The translations under genes were made by a program, and so were the position numbers. Positions 54,382 to 64,000 of a DNA stretch of 64,000 bases are shown here, piece after piece. The notes beneath the pieces were generated by a model. It saw only the letters and a list, made by a program, of their open reading frames with translations. It was not told the origin of the DNA and did not search any database. This DNA comes from Octopus vulgaris (Eukaryota): positions 158,038,001-158,102,000 of the forward strand of contig OX597815.1 of assembly GCA_951406725.2 (NCBI GenBank), read 5' to 3'. The stretch's first letter is position 1. Each line of letters starts with the position of its first letter.

Positions 54382-54453
54382 TTTGCGTCCACGCTTGCCT
54401 CGATTCCCTTTTTCTCCTTTGTATCCAGGAAGACCAGATAAACCCATTTCACC
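54382..54453 (-). CDS. Collagen exon, 72 nt: GEMGLSGLPGYKGEKGNRGKRGRK
   Basis: Acceptor cttttatttctcag, donor GTAATT, 8 triplets. Confidence 0.95.
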
Positions 54454-55505
54454 CTGAGAAATAAAAGATGAGATCATAACACTAACATACAAATATTAAC
54501 AAATTTCTTACCTTGATCATTTAATGCTGAATTCCATTCAATCTGCATGGGCAGAAAAATAACTTCATACAAAATATCAAAAAGATCTTAAGTTTACCTG
54601 TGTGTACAACTGATTTGAAAAAGTAATATAAAAATAAACCTTTTATATGAAGTAGCCCAAAAGTATAAAATATCATTATTATAAGTAAATGTAAAGCTTT
54701 ATACACTTCTGAAGGTGTTATAAAATATGTAATACAAAGTGCACTTCAAATATGGGGAAAATTTATTTGAAATTCATTAAAAAAACAAAATTTCTTTATG
54801 AATTTGCATAATCTCTCATCTAAGATTAAGTATTTGTTTGAAAGAAAACAAATCAAACTACAAAACAAATCATAAGTCGTGACATATATTGCAAATCTGT
54901 CCAACTCTTGTCAGCATAGAAAAACAATAATATAATAATTTCAAAATTAGTATGTATATATACTGATAGTCTTTAAACTGATAAATCTAGAAATAAAAGA
55001 ACATAGTCTAAAACCAAAAAAAAAATTGATTGCACAGAAGTTACTGAAAGTTAAAGTCTATACAATGTGCCATAATTTTTTTTTAAAGGGGTATATGACT
55101 TAAGATTTTAAGGAGGGGAGTTAACACCTTCAGTAGTATATTAATTGCTAAGACTCATGTTGGAAAATATTTCTATATCAAATTATTCTATCTGTCTAAA
55201 CATCAGAAAAGAACATCTTTTTTGTATTAGATTAAATAATTTACAGCTATTATAAATAATATATCTGAACAAATAATTTTTAAAAAATTCCAACAAAATG
55301 CTATCTTTAAATGTTAACAAAATATTTTCAAAATGAGTCCTGCATTGTAAAATTAGATTAGATTTAAGCTTTCCTAGTTAAGATCCTACAGTAGCTAAAA
55401 CAGTTTGAGCAAGGGCCTGCAAGCAGCCTCAACCATGACTGCAGCATTAAATGTTAGTTGCCTTAGTTTGGAGCTTATGAAGTCCTTGCTACAAAAAGGG
55501 TCTAC

Positions 55506-55598
55506 CTGACTATTAGGTGCATGACTTCTGGTCTTGCGATTTTTTTTACGTGCAGCTTTAATATCCGTGACTTCAAATTCACAGGCTTTGGTACGTTT
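55506..55598 (-). CDS. Candidate cassette exon, 93 nt: KRTKACEFEVTDIKAARKKNRKTRSHAPNSQ
   Basis: Strong pyrimidine tract tgtttttctttcccctttgaag, donor CAG|GTAGAC, open phase 0-0, several CpGs unlike the flanking intron. Confidence 0.5.
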
Positions 55599-58500
55599 CT
55601 TCAAAGGGGAAAGAAAAACATTTTGAAATATACCTGATGCTGTCTTTCTCTCTACTCATGAAAATGAATATACTAAGCTACACTTGAATTTTGCTGCAGT
55701 CACAGTGTTAGTATATTAAGTGGGTAAGTGCATTACCATATTCCTAATTTATTATCGAAAGCATAAAAATCAGTAAGTTAACAATAATTTAGAATTAAAG
55801 CAAAGCTTCTGAATTACACAACATGTACCAAATATATTTGGGAAATTAAATATTGTAGATGGTTTTTAAAATTTATATTAAACTGATAGCCATTGAATGA
55901 ATAGTGTATGTTATCATATCTGATACAGTTGTATTTCAGACTTTTAAAAAAATGTTAATCAGTACTTGGATTATATTACTCACAGCCCTTTTCTAAATTC
56001 AGCAACAAAGAATAAAAAAAATGCAAAAATTAAATGTACAATAGAAATACATATATGAATGTAAATAATTTATATAGTTGAATATAAAAGAAAAATTTAG
56101 GAACTAAGAGCCTCATCTTAAAATTTTCAGCATTTATAAAAAAAAAATTCTGTGCACCATCAAGTAGTGAAAAAGACAGACCTTAATTCACAAGGCTTAG
56201 GTTTTATATCTATCACATTAACCTAACATAAACTGTGTTTATTGCAACAAAAAACCCCAAAAAACAACAATGATAAAACAAGTCTAGGTTTAATATAGAT
56301 TACAAGATTTCTTAAGATATAGTTTGACAAAATTAAATGCTACAAGACTGAATATTGCATTCAATTGGAAAGTACTGAGCAAGGCATTTATATAGTAATG
56401 AATGTCTAAGAACAATGACATTGAAACCAAAAATTATTAATATTAATATCCTAATAATTTCATATAGGAGAATATATTTAAATAGTGCATATGGTATTTT
56501 TGGAGCAAGATATCAGTTAATTCTTAATTACTAGAAGCTAAGAATGGAAAATTCTAAAAGTTACCAAGTATGTTGAAATATATTTAATGAAAATTTATTA
56601 ATTAAAAAAAATATGATATAAGCTTAAAGAATTAAATTTTTTTACAAATGTAAAATAAATATAAAATGTAAAATAAAATATAAAAGTAAAAAATTTAATA
56701 ATAAATAAGTTTTGTGACTGCAGCAAAGTGACAACATAAATGTAGCTAACAAGTAATAAATATATATATGTATATATATGCATATATATATATAGCTAAT
56801 GATATTAACACATCTGATGATGTATCATTGTTGATACATTATGAAAATATATTACCAGAGAATAATTCAGCTTTAATATGTATATAATTTAATAAATACA
56901 AAGATACAAATGGCTTTTATAATCATCAACAATAACAGTATTATTATAATAATAATAATAGATATTTTTAACTATAATTTGACCAGAAAAATGGTCTATA
57001 AGCAGTGTTTACAACCCACATGGAAAACTTATAATTAAGTCCCAAATGGGAAGACCATTATTAACTTACATGATGATTATAGATGAAAAATTGCTAAAAA
57101 AATCTTTTATAAATTGTCTAATTGCTTTATCTTTAGCAGTTCTGAAAGTTCAAACAATATAGATCAGGTATTAAGATGAAATGGAAATTGATACTACCTA
57201 ATTGTTTCTGCAATATCCTCTTTCATGTAAATTAATCAAATTAAACATCAACACTAAGTATAACAAAATTCTGTTTTCTGGCATGTATTACAATCATTAT
57301 ATATATATTTTGAAAATGCATTTAAACTTTCTTTTAAATTTGTTTAATAGTATTTCTTTAATAGATACATATGCTTAAAACTTTCAATGGAAAAAGTGCA
57401 GTCTTAACAAGTTTCTGTTTAAACTACCAACTAGTCTTTCTATTGTTTATCTGTCGTTTAAATTTTTGACTTAGTAGCATAACTCTAATGATATATTATA
57501 TAATTAACATTTTAATAATCATAGATTGTGTTATCTGAATTAACTAATCAGAGTAAGGGCCTAAGCTCTCTGTAAAAGTGAGAAAAAAGTCCAAGGAAAT
57601 GGCACAGGAACAAAACAAAGAAAAAATTAGATACACATTTCACTACCACCACAACTACAACAACCACCATCACATATAAATACACACACACCACTTGAAT
57701 GCATATAGACAGCCTGCATAACATACACTTCATACACCCACACATCACAGACACACATGCATGCTCACACACACATACAAATAACTCATTTGCCCAGAGT
57801 CTTCATTGAGCTTTGCACTCTAAGCTGTTAATTTCATCTTCCTCTAGCTACACAACCTTTGTCCACCACTCACTGCACACCATGCCACTAAACTAACTAC
57901 ATTGCATTTTCATGTCTTGAAACATTTTCTTCTCAATTTTTTTCTCTAGTCTTCTTTATTTTTTTTAAGAAGGACCACAAACAAAATGTAAAAGACTTTT
58001 CATTCTTACTTTGTATTTCTATTGTTTGTTTTGTCTGCAAGGTATTTCATTTAATTAGTATTAAGTGTACATAATTTAGATATTATGGTAAACTAATTCA
58101 AGCAGATGGATTGATAATATGTAATTTGTTTCAACTTGCATTATATCAATCTCCCTGTCTGGAAAATAGATACCCATAATTAGAAATAATCAGTTAGTAA
58201 ATAAATCACACTTCATCTATATGCACAAATTTGGTGATCTACCTGTCAATATGGAGAACTGTAGGTAAAATTGAAAACTATGATCTCATTAAGAGTTTAA
58301 AAAATATTTTTCAGTTATAGTGCAAAAGAGTATTTTCCAAATTTACTGCAATGATTCTGATGATGAGATAAAAATGCACTATTGCAGTGATCTATATGTA
58401 TCTTATCACTAACTACCTTGTAGCCTCTCCAACACCCATAATGAAACTGGATTGTGGATATAATAGAATTTTAAAAAATGCATTTGTAAATAATCTGAAC

Positions 58501-59631
58501 AGAATCGAAATGAACTTCTTTCTAGGATAAATTTGAAGCAATTTGTAGACCTGGTTTAGTATTAAGTTAGCTGAACTTTCCTTACTCAGGAATATGGCTT
58601 TGTATAGCTGTTTTGAATATATATATTAGATGCAATTAAATCTGTCAAGTTATCACAGCTAACATTAATATATTGCGTAAGTATCTTAATAGAGTTATGA
58701 TAGTTCAGCGACTAAATATAGCATGTCTAGTAGATGACAGCTATTTATTATGACTTAGAAGATGTTCACTTAGGGGCTGTTGCTTATAAATTTAAAATGG
58801 AAATGGATCTTACATACTAGCAATCACATATATTAACCTAAAATTTGAATAAGAATCTGAACCAATATAATTGCAAACATCTGCTTGAAGAAGAGAATAT
58901 TGGGTACGCAGTACTGAAAAACTGAGCATCAGAACTAAACTGAATACTTCTCCCAATATTCAAGAGTTGAACTCAGCACTAAGCTTATGGATTCTTTGTC
59001 AATTTTATAATGTTATTCTTGTATGCACTAAGGGTTGTTTCTACATTGTAGAATCTATTTCCAGTTAGTCCAACTAAACTAGTAATATATCGATTAGATT
59101 AAGATTTTAATGCATGTGAAACAAGTCTGAAGAATTTAAGGTAAAATAAAATCAACAAATTAAAATGAATCTGAAGTGCATTTCCTTTTAAATCAAGTTT
59201 TTTAAAGTAACAAAAAAAAAAAAATCATTGACATTTAATGGCCTTGGAATACTTATGAGATTTTATATTTTCATGGAACTTAGGTAACTAAAATATTTTT
59301 ACAAATATAGTAAGGTAGAGTTAAGCACCTTGCCCAAATATACTAGAGCATTTACAATAAATTTGTAAGTTAGAGCCTTCAGTGGTAATTCTGTATTTTA
59401 TTTGGTTATGATTTTCCAACCTGAACATTCATTTTCAGATAGCAGAACTATACAAAAATATTTTTGGCTTTCATTTTTATTGAGAATATATTACAATTTG
59501 GTAACTGCAGTATATGCATCATGCATATTTTAGAATATTAATATTCTTGGTCATTTTAAAATATGGATATACAGAACAAATTATAATCAAAGAAAATCAT
59601 TTGGAATAGTATATATTAAAAAGATACTTAC

Positions 59632-59667
59632 TGGACGTCCAGGCAATCCATCTTTACCTGATGGACC
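59632..59667 (-). CDS. Collagen exon, 36 nt: GPSGKDGLPGRP
   Basis: Acceptor tttttgttttgaag, donor GTAAGT, 4 triplets. Confidence 0.95.
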
Positions 59668-60239
59668 CTTCAAAACAAAAATAAAAGAATTCAGATATTC
59701 ACATAGTGTAAGTAAAACAGAAACTATTATAATATGGATATTACACTCTTCATAAATTCTGTACATAAATCAGAAAGACATTGTAAAACATGAAATGACA
59801 ATAGGATTTGAATATGTAGAGTTTCTGATAAAACAAAGTATGTAAGCTTATAAATTAAATTTAAAAAAAATTAGACTGACTATATTATAAATTTATAAAT
59901 ATAAATTTTTATTCAAACGGTAAAGCAATACAATATCAGAAACTCAAAATAGCAAGGCAGTACACTTTAATACATTACCAGTCTGGCCATAGCTGACTGA
60001 TAATTTTATTGGCTTATGTTACCAATCTAGCTGAAAATGGCTGAAATAACCTAGTCATATTTAAATGAAAATGTCAGTGTGAATCTCATTAGTACACTTG
60101 TGAGAACATGATTTCACTACATAAACAATTGAGTTACTGTATCTTACATTACTTGGTGTGATATCTGACCTTTGTGAATTTTTGGAGATTTTTTTCAACA
60201 TTTTTTCTACATCGATATTTTGAAAATTTTTGATACTGA

Positions 60240-61735
60240 TGACAAATGGATACTAGTTTCATGTTGTTAAATAGTGAATCAGGATTTGAGGGGATTTTTC
60301 ACTAAGGACATGGAAAAACCAAGTAAAATATACAATGAACACAAAAGCCATGTGGTGTATGAGTATGAATTAAATATTTCTATTTCTGAAAGTGAAACCA
60401 ACGATTCTGATGACAACTCAGGTAGCAACATAAAAATGAATTTGAACCTGAATGGCGTAAAAATTTGAAAACTGTCTTTCATATTGATTTTTCTGAGGAG
60501 ACTGGGCCTAGTCAGTTTTTCCCAGGAGATAAAAGCATGAAACTATTTTCCTTTAAGTTTTTCCCCTTAGTTTGTTTGAAACAATTGCTGTGGAATCTAA
60601 TCATCGTGGTTTTCCACATACTTAGATGAAATCTGAGCCTTTTTTGCAATCAATATAATTATGGGTGTAAGAAAGCTAAACAGAAAAAAGAAATAGTGAA
60701 GCAGCAGTGGGATTTTTGGAGATCAATATGTATCTAGCATTATGACATGGACAAGATTTTCAAAATTATCACAGTAAAGAGACACTAGTAGTACATCAGT
60801 ACATAAAGAACCAAACTGACTGCATTCAAAATGCATATAAAACATCACACAATCCAGGGAGATACCTATCCATTGATGAGGGTATGGTGAAATATAAAGG
60901 CTGATTACGTTTCTGACAGCACATGCTCAGAAAAACACAGTAAATGGTGGATGGATCAAAATTGAGATTTAGAAAGCTTACATTGGGTACTACAGTGGAT
61001 TGAACTTTTATAAGGGGAAAAAGGACAATAATGTAAGCCAGCATGGTCTAGGATATATTGATGTGGTCTGGAATTCAACACTTTCAGACGTTATTTTTTT
61101 TTGACTCATCTTCAGTTCAGTTAAATTTGCAGTGGATTTAGAAGTCATGGCAACATACGCATGTGCTACAGTTGTTGCAAGTAGGAAAGGGATACCATTG
61201 GATATAAAAAAAGCAAAATTAAAAAAGAGATGAGAAATAATCCAACTGCATGTAGGTGAAAATGCTACCCCATTTATGAACTTTGATTATAATAGGTACA
61301 TGGGTCATGTAGATCAACTGAATTAAATGATGAGCCATTATCTTAGTCAGTAGATCAGGTAATAAGTGGTGGTGATACCTGGTTTGGTATGTAGTAGATA
61401 TGAGTATTTATACGATATACCAAATCAGAAGAGGTTTGAAAGTGATGTGACTATCTGCAGTTCCAAGCAGATGTAACAACACAGTTGAGGGCTGGTTTTT
61501 CATAAAAAAAAGAAAATTGATGATGAGAGAAAAACTAAAAACTAAAGCCAGCCAGAGGAATATTCCTCCAAATTCAGCCAGCCCCTACAACTTCAAGAAA
61601 ATCAAGTGCCACAAAATGTCTTCCTTAAAAAAGGAAAGATCTCAGTGGATGGGCAGTTGAAACAAGTCTCCATTGTGCATTCTGCAAGATTACATTTTGC
61701 AGAGTGGGGTGCTTTACTAGATTTGATGTCAGAAA
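60240..61735 (+). mobile_element. Decayed piggyBac (PGBD4-like) transposase
   Basis: Acidic N-terminus (ISESETNDSDD), SIDEGMVKYKG*LRF*QHM at ~60870, YNRYMGHVDQL at ~61290, KWW*YL and C-terminal CAFCKITFCRVGCF at ~61675-61715. Confidence 0.85.
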
Positions 61736-62473
61736 TATTGCATGATTTGTGTATACATACATATACAAACACATATGCATACTCTCACACACACCATATA
61801 CATATATACATATCCAATTATGAATTAAAAACAGCACTAATGTTGTAAACATTATTGACTGCACATACTCAATGTTTGTGCTTTGCTTGTTCACTGCAGT
61901 ATAGTGCTTTGGGGATGACTCTCTCAAAGCACTGGGTGTTAAAACACCTGAAAGTCATAGACAAGTGAGACAACTCACTATTTGTATATAGTATGGCAAT
62001 TTGGTTGGTCCCTGGTTTGGTTCTGGTAGGTGAGATTGATAAGTCACAAAAAATGGCAAAATATCAGTATGGGATTTGAGGCAAGTTGTCTTGCTTGTTT
62101 ATGACTTATCACCCAGTACTAAGAGGGAATCATTCTCAAGGTGCCATACCACAGCAAAGAAACAAAAAACATACATAAAGTATGTGTAGTTGATAATGTT
62201 TATATATATATAAGAAAAAATGGGATTAAAAAATCCTGGTAGATATCAAGTAAGCAATCAGTATAAAGGAATATGGTTAAATTTCCAACAAGTAGATACC
62301 AGTAAATGTATGTAGAATACAATTCCCAGGTATATCCAACAATCCTTATGCAGAATTTTAAGACATTCAGAATAATTAACAACAACTAATAAATATGTAT
62401 GAAGAAAATCATATCTTTATTTTAGATCATACCCTAAAATCCCACAACTGTTTCAATTGCATTAATATATATA

Positions 62474-62962
62474 TCATCATCATCATCGTTTAACGTCTGT
62501 TTTCCATGCTAGCATAGGTTGGACAGTTTGACAGGGGTCTGAGAAGCCAGGAGGCTGCACCAGTCTCCAGTCTGATCTGGCAGTGTTTCTACAGTTGGAT
62601 GCCCTTCCTAATGCCAACTACTCCATGAGTTTAGTGGGTGCTTTTTACATGCCACAGGCACAGGTGCCAGGGGAGGCTGGCAACGGCCACGATCAGTTGG
62701 TGCTTTTTACGTGCCACTGGCATGGAAGTTAGTCAAGGTGGTGCTGGCATCGACCATGTACAGATGGTGCTTTTAACGTGCCACTGGCACAGGCGCCAGA
62801 GGAGGCTGGCAACGGCCACAATCGGTTGGTGGATTTTACGTGTCACCAACACGGAGGCCAATCAAGGTGGTGCTGGCATGGGCCACATACGGATGGTGCT
62901 TTTTACGGGCCACCAGCACAGGTGCCAGGATAGGCTGGCAACATGCCACCGGCACAGGTGCC
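62474..62962 (-). mobile_element. SINE 3' portion with an internal alternating 62/67-bp tandem array
   Basis: Tail 62474-62636 is the inverse of 35537-35682; units begin ggtgctttttacgtgccac at 62637, 62699, 62766, 62828 and 62895. Confidence 0.8.
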
Positions 62963-63230
62963 GAGGCGCATGGCCTAGTGGTTAGATCAGCGAGCTCGTG
63001 GCTGAGGGATCATGGGTTTGAATCTCAGATCAGGTGATGCATGTGTTTATGAGTGAAACACCTAAGCTCCATGCAGCTCAGGCAGAAGGTAATGGCAAAC
63101 TTCTGCTAACTCTTTCACCACAACTTTCTCTCACTCTTTCCTCCTGCATCTAGCAGCTCACCTGCAACGGACCAGTGTCTCATCCAGGTGGGGAGCCTAT
63201 ATGCCACTGAAAGTGGGAAAACAGCCCTTA
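62963..63230 (+). mobile_element. tRNA-derived SINE
   Basis: gaggcgcaTGGCCTAGTGGttag A-box and GGTTTGAATCT B-box-like head, followed by a non-tRNA body. Confidence 0.7.
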
Positions 63231-63725
63231 TATAATTTATATATAGTTGAATTCACCTGTTTTTACTTGTAATATAGCTACTTTGAGACTAAAATTATAC
63301 AAAAGATTTGTTCAAGAGCTTTTTGATGAATTGTGTTCTAAAAATCACATTAATATGTTAATAGAGAAAAAAATTCAAGTCGTTTTATGAAACCAGTCTA
63401 AATTTGTGATGGTATTAGAATTTCACTGAAACACATAAGGGGTGTATTTTTGGTTAGAAATATAGCAATGAAAGGGTTCAAAATATTTTAACTCTAATAA
63501 AATTGCAAATCAAATAATGTGTAATATGTGGTTGTGAAAATTAAAACTTGTTAAAGACTTCCATCCTATCCATTGAGATATTTGATTTGTGTCAATTATA
63601 GAAACTGGAATCATGTATGATCCAAAAGAGAAGGGATTCTATGAAAGGACTAACTTAAATTTATTCATAAAAGAAGTTAGCAAAAATATAAAAGGAAAAA
63701 TGTATGAAGAAAAAGCATTACTTAC

Positions 63726-63752
63726 AGGTGGGCCACGTGGACCAACCGGACC
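63726..63752 (-). CDS. Collagen exon, 27 nt: GPVGPRGPP
   Basis: Acceptor cttttattttatag, donor GTAAGT, 3 triplets. Confidence 0.93.
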
Positions 63753-63910
63753 CTATAAAATAAAAGTATTTAAAATTTTTTAATCAGTAAAAGATTTCAG
63801 CCTCAAGGCTGAAACATATAAAAGAATAATATAAATTTGTCAATAAAATATCTTTGCACACAGTCACGCAGTCTGAATCATTATTGTTTAAAATAAACTA
63901 ATATACTGAC

Positions 63911-63968
63911 TTTTAAATAAAATCTTACCTGAATAAGAGACAAATGAAGGAAAGATGTAAATTAGTAA
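63911..63968 (-). other. Strong 3' splice site abutting a 5' splice site (AG|GTAAGA at 63929/63928): recursive site or 18-nt microexon VRFYLK (63928-63911)
   Basis: ttACTAATttacatctttccttcatttgtctcttattcAG|GTAAGAttttatttaaaa|GTCAGT. Confidence 0.6.
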
Positions 63969-64000
63969 CTGATATTAAATATACATGCTGATACATGATA

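Larger units (their letters stand above)
333..63752 (-). other. Multi-exon collagen gene (partial; both ends outside window), probably MACIT / collagen XIII-XXIII-XXV-like
   Basis: 14 exons with canonical AG/GT boundaries, all phase 0, join into a 267-aa Gly-X-Y chain with two short interruptions. The last exon resembles the basic ...GKRGxKGxKGEKG(D/E)Q segment that precedes the C-terminal GAPGLDAPCP motif of MACIT collagens. Collagen identity is near certain; the subfamily is inferred. Confidence 0.9.

Noticed and set aside
56814-56860. CTGATGA-hairpin-GAAA hammerhead-like motif
   Set aside because: Four extra nucleotides before GAAA and no stem I/III pairing; better explained as a simple 11-bp inverted repeat
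62637-62962. CRISPR-like repeat-spacer appearance
   Set aside because: Spacers alternate between two recurring sequences, eukaryotic SINE context, no cas genes
62963-63035. tRNA gene
   Set aside because: A/B boxes present but no acceptor-stem closure, and it runs into a SINE body

Overview
AT-rich, repeat-rich animal genomic DNA. The SINE families present suggest an octopod cephalopod, which is an inference. The whole window lies inside one minus-strand collagen gene. I read 14 small phase-0 GT-AG exons (801 nt, 267 aa, mostly Gly-X-Y) between 63752 and 333, almost none of them recovered by the ORF track; the start and stop codons lie outside the window. The basic GKRGRK/GKRGRR patches and the last visible exon (GPKGKRGRRGGKGEKGDQ) best fit a membrane-associated collagen with interrupted triple helices (MACIT, collagen XIII/XXIII/XXV-like). 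The introns carry a young CR1-like LINE nested in a Helitron-like tandem duplication, RTE, Penelope, mariner, maT and piggyBac remnants, a Tc2-like MITE and many SINEs. The most unusual signals are: two AG|GT recursive-splice-like sites with short downstream exons (33140, 63929); candidate in-frame non-collagenous cassette or microexons (55598-55506, 25719-25702, 21144-21091); a Ser-Gly glycosaminoglycan-type motif and a CxC motif in helix interruptions; several Penelope-type minimal hammerhead ribozyme motifs; and isolated intronic hairpins. All calls were made by eye, with no alignment or folding software.
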